Shown here piece by piece: positions 1 to 12,154 of a stretch of DNA of 64,000 nucleotides. The notes under the pieces were generated by a model. It did not search any database, had not been told where the DNA came from, and saw only the letters and a list, made by a program, of their open reading frames with translations. Source of the DNA: Elusimicrobia bacterium GWD2_63_28 (lineage in GTDB: Bacteria > Elusimicrobiota > Elusimicrobia > Elusimicrobiales > UBA9959). The stretch is taken from NCBI GenBank assembly GCA_001799895.1, contig MGUI01000015.1, positions 20,338-84,337 on the forward strand, read 5' to 3'. Both the position numbers and the translations under genes were made by a program. Every line of letters begins with the position of its first letter. The first letter of the stretch is position 1.

Positions 1-223
1 GGAAAGCCTTTTTAAACCAGCCCGCCCCGAAGGTAAGGCGGATCTCTTCGTGGTCCACCTCCACGGTCAGCTCGCGAAAGCCGAAATAGATGAAAGCCGC
101 CGCCAGGGCGAGCGGGTAAAAGGCGAAAGACCTGGGGGTCAGGGCGCCGGCCGCCAGCGCGCAGGCGAACATGCCCAGCGAAGACAGGACCATCAGCCTG
201 CCGCTCTGTGTATGTCTGTACAT
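1..223 (-). CDS. Hypothetical small membrane protein, N-terminal part only (gene runs off the window start)
   Basis: ATG at 223-221 overlaps the TGA stop of the upstream cyclase gene (catca at 221-225). My translation is MYRHTQSGRLMVLSSLGMFACALAAGALTPRSFAFYPLALAAAFIYFGFRELTVEVDHEEIRLTFGAGWFKKAF, with two hydrophobic segments, open to position 1. Absent from the ORF track because no stop lies in the window. Confidence 0.35.
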   Translation of the reverse strand, partial: MYRHTQSGRLMVLSSLGMFACALAAGALTPRSFAFYPLALAAAFIYFGFRELTVEVDHEEIRLTFGAGWFKKAF

Positions 224-1722
224 CAGATCAGTTTGTAGATCTCCACCGTCTCGCTCTTGCCTTTCAGCACCGCCTTGCCGAGGGGCTCGAATTTCAGCCC
301 CCCGCCCAGCGAGGTCCGGGCGCGCTCCAGCACCGGCGAGCTTACCAGCACGTCGGTATCGAACTCCTTGGTCTTGGACTCCAGCCGCGAGGCGATATTG
401 ACCGTGTCGCCTATGAAGGTATATTCCAGGCGGGCCTTGGTGCCGATATTGCCGGCCACCAGTTTGCCCGAGTGTATGCCGATGCCGAACTCCACCTTGC
501 CGGGCGCCTGGCCCGAAGCGTTGAAGTCGGCCAGCGCGGCGCGCATGCCTACGGCGGCGCGCACGGCGTCGGCCGCGTAATCGTCCGACCCCAGCAGCGG
601 CGTGTAGATGGCCATCACGGCGTCGCCGATGAACTTGTTGATCACGCCGTTATGGTCCGTTATCGGCGGGGTGATGAAATAGAAATACTTGTTGAGGAAC
701 TCCACCAGGTCGCCGGCGCTCATCTTCTCGCTGAGCGTGGTGAAGTTGCGGATGTCGCAGAACATCACGGCCGCCTCCATATCCTCGCCGCCCAGGTTGA
801 TCTTCTTGTTGTGGATCAGCTCGCGCGCGATCTCTATGGAGAGGTACTTGCCGAAGGTGTCCTGCAGCTCCTCGCGCTCCTTCAGGCCGTCCACCATGTC
901 GTTGAAGCCGGCCTTCAGGTAGGCTACCTCGTCGGAGAAATAGATGCGGCTCTTCTCGTAATCTCCGGAGCCGACGCGCCTCATGCGCCCTATCAGCCCG
1001 TCGAGCGGCTTCTGTATGCCGTTGTAGACGCTGGTCAGGCCATTGCCGAGCATGACGGCGGAGAGGCCGAGCATGAAGACGAGGGTCGAAGAAAGGACGT
1101 CCCACGGAACGCGGTTAAAGAACGCGATGTAGACGAGCACGAAGGGCAGGATAGCGAAGCCCGCTATCATCACCGTCAGCTTGAGATAGACCGGTATCGT
1201 AAAGCCGCCCCGCAAGTGGTAGAGTTCGGGACCGGAATAGAGGGCCTGCATCAGCGTCTTCTGCTTCGCCAGGTGCGCGTCGACGTAGACCACCAGCATG
1301 GCCACCTGCGCCAGCAGGGAGACCGCCGAGGCGCCCAGGCGGGGCGCGGTCAGCAGCCCCGGGGTCAGGAAAGACGGCACCAGGACCAGCGCCTGCACTA
1401 TGAGGACCATCAGCAGGCCGTCGCGGTAGACATTGGCCAGGCGGCGGCGGATCTTCTCCTTCAGCGCTTCGTCGGGCTTCTCCAGGTAGAGGTAAGCCGG
1501 CCGGCCCCACAGGGCGACAAAGACCCACATCAGGCCGAAAGAGAGGCCCCCGATGCCGAAACCGAGCCCGGCGCGGCCTGGCGGGACCGTTCCGGTAAAG
1601 ACCGTAAAAGCCATGTCGGAGAAGATGGTCCCGACCAGGGCCAGGGCGAACGGGATGATCAATATGCCGAAAAACTCTTCCAGTTTTTTCTTGCGCTCAA
1701 TTTTTTCCGCGTTTCCAGACAT
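223..1722 (-). CDS. Membrane-bound class III adenylate/guanylate cyclase with HAMP linker
   Basis: 499 aa. N-terminal multi-TM region, then a HAMP-like AGFNDMVDGLKEREEL, then cyclase motifs FCDIRNFTTLSEKM, GDAVMAIY and IGIHSGKLVAGNIGTKARLEYTFIGDTVNIASRLES. ATG preceded by AAGGGG. Confidence 0.85.
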   Translation of the reverse strand: MSGNAEKIERKKKLEEFFGILIIPFALALVGTIFSDMAFTVFTGTVPPGRAGLGFGIGGLSFGLMWVFVALWGRPAYLYLEKPDEALKEKIRRRLANVYRDGLLMVLIVQALVLVPSFLTPGLLTAPRLGASAVSLLAQVAMLVVYVDAHLAKQKTLMQALYSGPELYHLRGGFTIPVYLKLTVMIAGFAILPFVLVYIAFFNRVPWDVLSSTLVFMLGLSAVMLGNGLTSVYNGIQKPLDGLIGRMRRVGSGDYEKSRIYFSDEVAYLKAGFNDMVDGLKEREELQDTFGKYLSIEIARELIHNKKINLGGEDMEAAVMFCDIRNFTTLSEKMSAGDLVEFLNKYFYFITPPITDHNGVINKFIGDAVMAIYTPLLGSDDYAADAVRAAVGMRAALADFNASGQAPGKVEFGIGIHSGKLVAGNIGTKARLEYTFIGDTVNIASRLESKTKEFDTDVLVSSPVLERARTSLGGGLKFEPLGKAVLKGKSETVEIYKLI

Positions 1723-1732
1723 TTTCAGCCCC

Positions 1733-2971
1733 TTAAATAAACTTCAGGAAAACCCAGTATATTATGCCATTTATGATAGTGAGCGGCACCCCCGCGCGGG
1801 CGAACTCCAGGAAGGTAATGGTCTGGCCGGCTTTTTTCTCGGCGTTCTGTATTATGATCACGTTGCTGGCCGCGCCGAGTATGAACATGTTGCCCGCGAA
1901 GGTGGACGCCGCCGCCAGGGCCAGCAGCTCCGGCGTGCCCGCGCCCGCGTGCTGAAGAACAGGCAGGTAGAGCGCCACCAGCGGCACATTGGAGATCAGC
2001 TGGCTCATCGCCACGCTGACCGCCATTATGGGGCCGAGGCCGGTGATATCCGCCCCGGAGCGGGCTATCAGCCCCTGGAAGAAGCCGGTGTCCCACACGC
2101 AGCGCATCAGCGCGAACATCCCCGCGAAGAAGGCCAGGGTGCTCCAGTCCACCTTGCGCAATATCTCGAGGCGCCTGCGGCTCAGCAGCAGGCCGGGCGC
2201 GGCCGCGGCCAGCGCTATCCAGGTGAGGCGGAAATCGAGGGCCGGGTTTATGGAGACTAAAATTATTTTCGCCCCTATCGCCAGCGCCAGCACCGCGGCC
2301 GTTACCTTGGCCAGCCGGGCCAGGCCGCGGTCCTTCACCGGCTCCTGCGAATGCTTAAGCTCCACCGCCCGGAACTCCTCCCGGTAAAAATACCGCACGA
2401 CCAGGAAAACCGCGCCGAGGTTCAGCAGCGTGGGAAGGGCGAGGTATTTGAAAAAGGTCAGGAAAGGCGCGGCCAGTTCCCCCCTCACGGCCACCAGCAG
2501 GTTCTGCGGGTTGCCGATGGGGCTCATCACGCTGCCGACGGTGATGGAGAAAGCCAGCGCCAGCAGCAGGGCCTTGGGGGAGATGCCGTGCTTGCGCGCC
2601 AGCAGCAGGGCCACCGGCGTGCCGACGATGGCCAGGGTGTCGTTCATCAGCAGGGCCGAGGCCAGGCCCATGAAGAAGACCATTATGAGCAGCAGCTGCG
2701 ACTCGGTGCGGGCGCGCTTGAAGACTTCGAACTTGGCGTGGGCCAGCCAGCCGCTCAGCTCGAAGACCTGCCCGGCGGCGAACATGCCGAACAGGAAGGT
2801 CATCACGTCCCAGTCCACGGCCGCCAGCGCCGCGGAGGGCGCGATGTCGCCGGAGAGCAGCACGGCCGCGGCGCCGCCGCACATCACCTGCCAGATTTCC
2901 AGGCGAAAGCCCCGCACCTGCCGCACGGCTATCAGCAGGAACACGGCGGCCAGGACTGTCAGCGGGAACAT
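1733..2971 (-). CDS. Anion/citrate-type permease (ArsB/NhaD-SLC13 superfamily)
   Basis: 412 aa, hydrophobic throughout with about 10-12 predicted TM segments, and composition typical of CitMHS/ArsB-like transporters. ATGA overlap with the upstream gene at 2971. Confidence 0.7.
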   Translation of the reverse strand: MFPLTVLAAVFLLIAVRQVRGFRLEIWQVMCGGAAAVLLSGDIAPSAALAAVDWDVMTFLFGMFAAGQVFELSGWLAHAKFEVFKRARTESQLLLIMVFFMGLASALLMNDTLAIVGTPVALLLARKHGISPKALLLALAFSITVGSVMSPIGNPQNLLVAVRGELAAPFLTFFKYLALPTLLNLGAVFLVVRYFYREEFRAVELKHSQEPVKDRGLARLAKVTAAVLALAIGAKIILVSINPALDFRLTWIALAAAAPGLLLSRRRLEILRKVDWSTLAFFAGMFALMRCVWDTGFFQGLIARSGADITGLGPIMAVSVAMSQLISNVPLVALYLPVLQHAGAGTPELLALAAASTFAGNMFILGAASNVIIIQNAEKKAGQTITFLEFARAGVPLTIINGIIYWVFLKFI

Positions 2972-3573
2972 CAGCCGGCCTTTACGAGGGCGTCGTAATC
3001 TTCCGGCGTGTCGAAGTCGCGGATAATTTCGGGATCTTTAACTTCCAGGTCGGTGATCTTCACCGAGGCGTGATGCGTGACCCAGTGCAGGCCCTTGTCC
3101 GGCGGCCCCTCGAAGCAGAGCGCCTTGTGGGCGGCCGGGATGATTATGGGATGCCCGCGCTTCAGGCGGGAATCCGCCGCCCTGAAGACCCGCGGTATGA
3201 CTATGGTCTCTTTGTTGGCAAGCCAGCACTCTATGATCTTTTTATAGGTCTCTGGATCTATGGCAGGCTGGTCGGCCAGGCAGACCATGAAGCCTTCGGC
3301 GAACTCGGAGATCTCGCCGAGCCCCGCGCGCAGCGACGAAATCTGCCCGTGCTCGGGGTTCGGGTTCACCGTCACCTTTTCCCCCGCCGGGGTCCAGCCG
3401 GCCAGGATCTCGTGGGAGTCCCGGCCCAGCACCGCCACGCGGTCTTCCACGCCGGCGCGGCGCAGGGCGTCGCAGACATGCTCGATAAAGGGCAGGCCCC
3501 GCCACTGCAGCAGGGCCTTGGGCCTGCCCATTCTCGCCGAGTCTCCGGCGGCCAGTACGATCGCGGAAAGCAC
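2971..3573 (-). CDS. MobA-like NTP transferase (MocA-type molybdenum cofactor cytidylyltransferase-like)
   Basis: 200 aa. N-terminal LSAIVLAAGDSARMGRPKALL nucleotide-binding signature of the MobA/MocA family. GTG start 4 nt after the pfk stop, with GGGGA upstream. Confidence 0.7.
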   Translation of the reverse strand: MLSAIVLAAGDSARMGRPKALLQWRGLPFIEHVCDALRRAGVEDRVAVLGRDSHEILAGWTPAGEKVTVNPNPEHGQISSLRAGLGEISEFAEGFMVCLADQPAIDPETYKKIIECWLANKETIVIPRVFRAADSRLKRGHPIIIPAAHKALCFEGPPDKGLHWVTHHASVKITDLEVKDPEIIRDFDTPEDYDALVKAG

Positions 3574-3577
3574 GGCG

Positions 3578-4687
3578 CTAATCCCCCATGCAGATACCGA
3601 GGTCGCGGGCGGTCACAATGCTGTCGCAGTCCGGCGGCACGGTCTTCATGCGGCCGGAGATCTCGGACAGCGGCACGTAGCGCACTGTCGGAGGGTCCAG
3701 CGCCACCATTACGCCGCTGTGCCCGTCCGCCAGGGCGCGCACCGCCGCCGCGCCGAAGCGCAGCGAGAGCAGGCGGTCGAAAGTAGTGGGGCTGCCGCCG
3801 CGCAGCAGATGCCCCAGCACGACGGTGCGGCATTCCTTGCCGGTCAGCGGCTCGAGTTCTTTGGCCACTTTTTCGCCCACGCCGCCCAGCTTTTCGGCCC
3901 GGCCCAGCTCTTTGCTGAGCACGGATACGGAACCGCCTATCGGCTTGGCCCCCTCGGCCACCACCACTATGCAGTAGTGCTTGCCGCGTTTGGGCCGCAG
4001 CTTCAGCGCCTCAGCCACTTTCTTGATGTCGTAAGGTATCTCGGGGATCAGGATGGCGTCGGCGTTGCCGGAGATGCCGGCGTTCATGGCTATCCACCCG
4101 GCGTAGCGGCCCATCACTTCCACCACCATGACGCGGCGGTGAGCGCTGGCAGTGGAATGCAGGCGGTCCAGGCATTCAGTGGCGAAAGAAACGGCCGTAT
4201 CGAAACCGAAAGTCGCCACCGTCTTCTCCAGGTCGTTATCGATGGTCTTGGGCACGCCTATCACGCGCAGGCCCTTCTCCGCCAGGATATTGGCTATGCC
4301 CAGCGAGCCGTCGCCGCCCAGCGCCACGAGGGCGTCGATCTTGTTCTTGCGGAAAGCGGCTATCAGCTCGTCGGTGCGGTCCTTCTCGTACCACTTGCCG
4401 TCTTTGCCCAGCGTCGGGTACTTGGCGGGGTTGCCCTTGTTGGTGGTGCCCAGTATGGTGCCGCCGAGGTGAGTGATGCCGCGCACCTTGCCGCGCGAAA
4501 GCGTTATCAGCCCGCCGTCGGGGTATTCCTCGGGCATCATCAGGCCGTTGTAGCCGTCGCGGATGCCCACCACCTCTATGCCCTTGTGCAGCGCCGAGAT
4601 GACGACCGCCCGTATGACCGCGTTCAGCCCCGGCGCGTCCCCGCCCCCGGTGTTGATAGCGATCCTCCTGATTTTGGTTTTTGCCAT
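3578..4687 (-). CDS. pfkA: ATP-dependent 6-phosphofructokinase
   Basis: 369 aa. IAINTGGGDAPGLNAVIR, ALGGDGSLG (GGDGS form, consistent with ATP-dependent enzymes), VIGVPKTIDNDL and MGRYAGWIA motifs. GGGGGGA SD. Confidence 0.9.
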   Translation of the reverse strand: MAKTKIRRIAINTGGGDAPGLNAVIRAVVISALHKGIEVVGIRDGYNGLMMPEEYPDGGLITLSRGKVRGITHLGGTILGTTNKGNPAKYPTLGKDGKWYEKDRTDELIAAFRKNKIDALVALGGDGSLGIANILAEKGLRVIGVPKTIDNDLEKTVATFGFDTAVSFATECLDRLHSTASAHRRVMVVEVMGRYAGWIAMNAGISGNADAILIPEIPYDIKKVAEALKLRPKRGKHYCIVVVAEGAKPIGGSVSVLSKELGRAEKLGGVGEKVAKELEPLTGKECRTVVLGHLLRGGSPTTFDRLLSLRFGAAAVRALADGHSGVMVALDPPTVRYVPLSEISGRMKTVPPDCDSIVTARDLGICMGD

Positions 4688-4706
4688 ATTCCCCCCTGGA
4701 TGAAGA

Positions 4707-6074
4707 TCAGACTCCGGCCTTCCGGTAAAGCGAAGCGGCGGCGGCGGTGGCGCGGGCGGTGAGAGCGCGCTCGTCCACCCGGGTGAGGCGGCCGTTCTTC
4801 ACTACCACCTTGCCGTTGACTACGGTGTACTTGGTGCGGTGCGAAGCGCCGCAGAACAGCAGCGAGGCCAGCGGGTCCGCCTTGGAGCCGATGTAGTCCA
4901 GGCCGCTCACATCGAAGATGGCGAGGTCGGCGGCCTTGCCGGGCTCGATAGAACCGATGTCGGAGCGGCCGAGCACCGCCGCGCCGCCGCGGGTGGCCAG
5001 CTCCAGCGCCTTGCGGGCGGGCATGGCCTTCACGTTCTCCAGGCGGTGCACCAGCATGCACTGGCGCGCCTCGCCCAGCATGTCGGAAGAATCGTTGGAG
5101 GCGGAGCCGTCCACGCCGAGCCCGACGGGCACATTGTGCTTGAGGAACATGGGGATGGGCGCTATGCCCGAGCCCAGCCGCAAATTGGAGCAGGGGCAAT
5201 GGGCCACGCCGGTATGGGTATGCCCCATCCGCTTGGCTTCCTTCTCGTTGATATAGACGCAGTGTGCGAACCAGGAGTTACCCTCTTCCACCCAGCCCAC
5301 GCTTTCCATATACTCGAGCGGGCGCATCTTGAAGAGCTTCTTGCAGAAGGCTTCCTCGTCCTTGGTCTCGGCGAGGTGGGTGTGCATGCGCACGCCCCAT
5401 TTCTTGGCCATCTCGGCAGTGATCTTGAGCAGTTCCGTAGTGACGGAGAAGGGCGAACAGGGCGCCATGGCCACATTGGTCATGGCGAATCTGGCGGGGT
5501 CGTGGAACTTCTTTATGACGCGCTCGCAGTCCTTCATGATGAAGTCTTCGCTCTGCACCACTGAATCCGGCGGCAGCCCGCCCTTGGAGCGGCCGCGCGA
5601 CATGGAGCCGCGGGTGGCGGTGAAGCGCATGCCCAGCTCGCGAGCGGCGGCTATCTGCGTGTCTATGAAGAAGCCGCTGTCCTTCTTCGGGAAAAGATAC
5701 AGGTGGTCGGAGCTGGTAGTGCAGCCGGTGAGCAGCAGCTCGCCCAGGCCGGCCTGGGTGCTGGCGTAAATGGCCTCGGGGTTCACGTGCTTCCAGATGT
5801 CGTAGAGGTAGACCAGCCAGTCGAAGAGCTCCGCGTCCTGCACCTTGGGCAAGTTGCGGGTGAGCGTCTGGTAAAGATGGTGGTGGGTATTCACCATGCC
5901 GGGCATGACCACGCAGCCGGCGGCGTCTATGACGGTGTCGGCTTTTACCTTGAGACCTTTGCCTACCTTCTTTATCTCGGGTCCCTCGATATAGACGTCG
6001 CCGCCCTTTATCTCGCGGCCGGCGTCGTCCATGGTGGCCAGCAGTTCGGCGTTCTTTATGAGTAGTGTTTTCAT
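4707..6074 (-). CDS. Amidohydrolase-superfamily deaminase (8-oxoguanine deaminase / chlorohydrolase-like)
   Basis: MPGMVNTHHHLYQTL metal-binding HxH, then HLAET and VGLGVDGSASND motifs. The track starts at a TTG (6086). I prefer ATG 6074 (MKTLLIKNAELL), which has GAGGA 6 nt upstream. Confidence 0.75.
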   Translation of the reverse strand: MKTLLIKNAELLATMDDAGREIKGGDVYIEGPEIKKVGKGLKVKADTVIDAAGCVVMPGMVNTHHHLYQTLTRNLPKVQDAELFDWLVYLYDIWKHVNPEAIYASTQAGLGELLLTGCTTSSDHLYLFPKKDSGFFIDTQIAAARELGMRFTATRGSMSRGRSKGGLPPDSVVQSEDFIMKDCERVIKKFHDPARFAMTNVAMAPCSPFSVTTELLKITAEMAKKWGVRMHTHLAETKDEEAFCKKLFKMRPLEYMESVGWVEEGNSWFAHCVYINEKEAKRMGHTHTGVAHCPCSNLRLGSGIAPIPMFLKHNVPVGLGVDGSASNDSSDMLGEARQCMLVHRLENVKAMPARKALELATRGGAAVLGRSDIGSIEPGKAADLAIFDVSGLDYIGSKADPLASLLFCGASHRTKYTVVNGKVVVKNGRLTRVDERALTARATAAAASLYRKAGV

Positions 6075-6127
6075 GTTTATCCTCAAATTTATGTCTTTAA
6101 ATATTATAGTAAAATCAAATTAGAGCG

Positions 6128-8703
<2,576 letters not shown>

Positions 8704-8707
<4 letters not shown>

Positions 8708-9654
8708 CGCGGCCGGCGCTCACCCTAAACCTGCGGCTGAAAAAGCCGCTGGCGCGAGGCATCACCTCGCTGAAGCTGCTGGACCCCACCATCTCAGATC
8801 TGGCCGGGCTGCTCACCGGCGTGAAGCCGGTCACCTACACCGATTACTCCAAGAGCGACTGGCCGTATATAAAAGGGCTATGTGACGCGCTCGGGCTGGT
8901 CTACGCCGACCCGGAGGCCGCGGCGGCGCGGCGCGGCAAGCACCTGGGCTCGGCGCCCGGCGGCCGGAAGATGCTGCTGCTGGCCAGGAAGCCGGGGCCG
9001 CTGAAGGCGGCTGTGGCGGCGTGGGGCAAGTCGGCCATAGACCGAGACTGGGGGCTGCTGCTGGGCTACCCTGAGTGCTGTGTGGACGCGTATATCCGCT
9101 GGCGCACAGCCTTTCACCTTAAGAAAGATTTGGTCCGCTTCACTGCGGAGAATTCCCCCGCCGGGGCTGCCTGGGACTTCAAGCTTAACAATCTCGTGAA
9201 CTATTTTTCCCGCGTCTACGGCGCGGACGAGCGGCAGAGCCGCCTGATCAGCGACCTGAACCAGCGGGCCGGCCTGCTGATTTCCATCGCGCACGTGGCC
9301 AGCTGGCATTCCTGCTCCTACCTCTGCAAAGAGAGTTCAAAGAAGGCCGCGGCCATCTACGATTTCTTCGTGGACTACGCCCCGGCTTACGCCGCGGGCC
9401 TGAAGCGGCTGCTGGCGCGGCCTTTCCTCTTCGTGGATAAATACGATTTCATGCCCCTCGATAAAAAAAACGGGACCGGGTGGGCCTTCACCTATCCCGC
9501 GCTGCCGCTGGGCCTGCTTTCGCCTGCCCGTGCCGCCGCCCTCAAGAAAGCCGGAGAACTTAAACTGGCCGGCAGCGGCCTTGAGGTGGGCTGCAAGGCG
9601 ATAAAAACCGGGAGGCCGCCGATAATATTAAATTTTTCTTCCCGAAATTTATAA
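8704..9654 (+). CDS. Hypothetical Cys-motif protein translationally coupled to the kinase
   Basis: GTG at 8704 overlaps the kinase TGA (GTGA). Contains LLGYPECCVDAY and WHSCSYLCKES motifs, a possible metal site. The track start at 8470 lies in an alternative frame inside the kinase gene and is rejected. Confidence 0.5.
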
Positions 9655-9690
9655 AATAGAATTGCGGACAACATGACAGGAGCGCCTACT

Positions 9691-12141
9691 ATGAAAAAAA
9701 TACAATTCCTTTCCGACGCGCAGCTTAAGTCCGAGGCGGACCGCTGCCTCTACTGCGAGGACAAGCCCTGCCAGAAGGCCTGCCCGGCCGACTGCTCGCC
9801 CGCCGACTTTATCATGGCCGTGCGCCAGATGGCGGATTCCGATTTCAAGCGCTCCTCGGCGCTGATCATGGGCCACAACACCTTCGGCGGAGTCTGCGGC
9901 GCGGTCTGCCCCGACTGGTTCTGCGTCAAGGCCTGCTCGCGCAAGCTTTTCGACAACCCCATCAATATCCCCGCCGTGCAGGCGGCCGTGGTGCAGCGGG
10001 CTAAAGAGCTGGGCGTGATGCCCAAGTTCAAGAAAGCCAAGCCGAACGGCAAGAAAGTAGCCGTCGTAGGCGCTGGCCCGGCGGGCTTCGCCGCGGCGGG
10101 CACGCTGGCCCAGCTCGGCTACAAGGTGGACATTTTCGAGAAGGACAAGAAAGCCGGCGGCGCCTGCAACCTCATCCCCGACGCGCGCTTTCCCAAAGAA
10201 GTGCTGACCACCGAGATAGAGTGGATAAAAAAGCTCGGCGACATCTCCGTAAAGACCGGCGCGGCCGTCAAGAATCCCGCCGACCTGCTGAAGAAATACG
10301 CCGCGGTGATAGTTACCGCCGGCGTGGAAGAACAGCTTAAGCTCAATATCGAGGGAGAGAACCTGGGCGTGGAAGGCCTTGAATACCTCAGAAACACTTC
10401 CAAGTATAAAGTCAAAGGCAAAAACGTGGCCGTGATAGGCGGCGGCGCGGTGGCGGCCGACTGCGCCATGAAGGCGCTGCAGCTGGGCGCGGCCAAGGCC
10501 GAGATCTTCACCCGCAAGAACATCGGCGCCATACAGCTGCCCGAGCACGAACTGCGCGATATCCTGAAGGCCGGCATCGACATCAACGGCAAAAGCCGCA
10601 TCACCGGCATCCTGAAAGGCGGCGGCATAAAGATAGTCCGCCTCGACGATAAAGCGAAGGACATCCCCGGCACCGGGCAGGTCCGCACCGATATACAGTT
10701 CGTAGTGCTGGCCATCAAGAACATCCCCGTTTTCAAGGACAAGGGTGAGAAGGGCGTGTTCCTGGCCGGCGACTGCAAAGACGGCGCAGCCACCGTAGTA
10801 GAGGGCGCGGCTTCCGGCAAGAACGCCGCGATGGCCGCCCACGCCTATATCAACGGCAGGAAGGCCCCCGAAGTTAAGGACCACAAGAAGAGCCATGTCA
10901 TACTGGCCGGCCGCGACCTGACCCCGGTGGACCTGAGCACCGACTTCTTCGGCCGCAAGCTGAAGTCGCCCTTCATCATTTCCGCCTCCCCCCACTCGGA
11001 CGGCTACGACCAGGTGAAGCGCGCCTACGAGGCCGGCTGGCCCGGCGTGGTGATGAAGACCGCCTTCGACGGCCTGCAGATCCACATCCCGTCGGAATAC
11101 ATGGTGACCTTTACCGAAAACACCTACGGCAACTCGGACAATGTCTCCGGCCACCCGCTAGACCGCGTCTGCGCCGAGATCAAGAAGCTGGTGAAGGAAT
11201 ATCCCGACCGCCTGACCGCGGCCTCCACCGGCGGCCCCGTCACCGGCAACGACGAGTTCGACCGGAAGGGCTGGCAGAGCAATACGCTGAAGCTGGAGAA
11301 GGCCGGCGCGATGGCCATAGAATATTCCCTCTCCTGCCCGCAGGGCGGCGACGGCACCAAGGGCGACATAGTCTCCCAGGACCCGGAGCTGTCGGCCAAG
11401 ATCATCGGCTGGGTGATGGAAGTCTCCGACCCGAATGTCCCCAAGCTGTTCAAGCTGACCGGCGCGGTCACCGCCATCTGGCAGGTGGTCAACGCCATAA
11501 AGCAGGTTTACGCCAAATACCCGCACAAGAAGGCCGGCATAACGCTCGCCAACTCCTTCCCGGCGCTCGCTTTCCGCAATCGCCTCTCCGGCAAGGGGAA
11601 GTGGGAAGAAGGCATGATAGTGGGCATGAGCGGCGAGGGCGTGGCCCCCATCAGCAATTTGACCATCTCCAAGGCCGTGGGCCTCGGCGTGCCGATCTCC
11701 GGCAACGGCGGGCCGATGGATTACAAAGCCGCGGCGCATTTCCTGGCGCTGGGCGCCAGGAGCGTACAGTTCTGCACCATTGTAATGAAGTACGGCTTCA
11801 ATATAATAGGCGACCTGGAAAGCGGCCTCAGCCACATGCTCGAGGAGAAGGGCTACAAGTCCGTAGGGGACTTCGTCGGCTGCGCGCTGCCCAAGCCCGT
11901 AACCAACTTCCCGGATCTCACGCCCGTGAAGAACATCCCGTCTGTGGACGCGCAGTTGTGCCGCCACTGCGGCAACTGCGAGCGCTGCGGCTATTTGGCC
12001 GTGCAGCTAGACAAGGACGGCATCCCGGCTTTCGACGCGTCGAAGTGCATAGGCTGCTCTCTGTGCGTGAAGAAGTGCTTCTCCGGCGCGCTCAAGATGC
12101 GCCGGCGCACCCCGGCCGAGCTCAAGGTCTGCCCGGACTAA
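9691..12141 (+). CDS. Fused dihydropyrimidine dehydrogenase-like oxidoreductase (GltD-like FAD/NAD domain + DHODH-like domain + 4Fe-4S domains)
   Basis: N-terminal Cys cluster CLYCEDKPCQKACP, Rossmann VAVVGAGPAGFAAAGTLAQLGY, a PreA/DHODH-like barrel, and C-terminal CRHCGNCERC / CIGCSLCVKKC ferredoxin motifs. I prefer ATG 9691 (AGGAG at 9678-9682, 8 nt spacing) over the track start 9673. Confidence 0.8.
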   Translation: MKKIQFLSDAQLKSEADRCLYCEDKPCQKACPADCSPADFIMAVRQMADSDFKRSSALIMGHNTFGGVCGAVCPDWFCVKACSRKLFDNPINIPAVQAAVVQRAKELGVMPKFKKAKPNGKKVAVVGAGPAGFAAAGTLAQLGYKVDIFEKDKKAGGACNLIPDARFPKEVLTTEIEWIKKLGDISVKTGAAVKNPADLLKKYAAVIVTAGVEEQLKLNIEGENLGVEGLEYLRNTSKYKVKGKNVAVIGGGAVAADCAMKALQLGAAKAEIFTRKNIGAIQLPEHELRDILKAGIDINGKSRITGILKGGGIKIVRLDDKAKDIPGTGQVRTDIQFVVLAIKNIPVFKDKGEKGVFLAGDCKDGAATVVEGAASGKNAAMAAHAYINGRKAPEVKDHKKSHVILAGRDLTPVDLSTDFFGRKLKSPFIISASPHSDGYDQVKRAYEAGWPGVVMKTAFDGLQIHIPSEYMVTFTENTYGNSDNVSGHPLDRVCAEIKKLVKEYPDRLTAASTGGPVTGNDEFDRKGWQSNTLKLEKAGAMAIEYSLSCPQGGDGTKGDIVSQDPELSAKIIGWVMEVSDPNVPKLFKLTGAVTAIWQVVNAIKQVYAKYPHKKAGITLANSFPALAFRNRLSGKGKWEEGMIVGMSGEGVAPISNLTISKAVGLGVPISGNGGPMDYKAAAHFLALGARSVQFCTIVMKYGFNIIGDLESGLSHMLEEKGYKSVGDFVGCALPKPVTNFPDLTPVKNIPSVDAQLCRHCGNCERCGYLAVQLDKDGIPAFDASKCIGCSLCVKKCFSGALKMRRRTPAELKVCPD

Positions 12142-12154
12142 TTCAAGGATCACC

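Noticed and set aside
208-1740. 510-aa plus-strand ORF antisense to the cyclase gene. Similar long antisense or shadow ORFs include 6104-7990(-), 9649-11154(-), 12143-13324(-), 13994-14866(-), 19220-20080(+), 20898-22244(+), 25144-26637(+), 31005-32279(+), 33495-34871(+), 36027-37856(+), 38324-39487(+), 40297-41928(+), 51628-52992(+) and 52865-54424(+).
   Set aside because: Each lies opposite a gene with unmistakable family motifs. Their products are low-complexity Arg/Ala/Gly/Pro/His-rich strings with no motifs. Stop-free antisense frames are expected in DNA this GC-rich.
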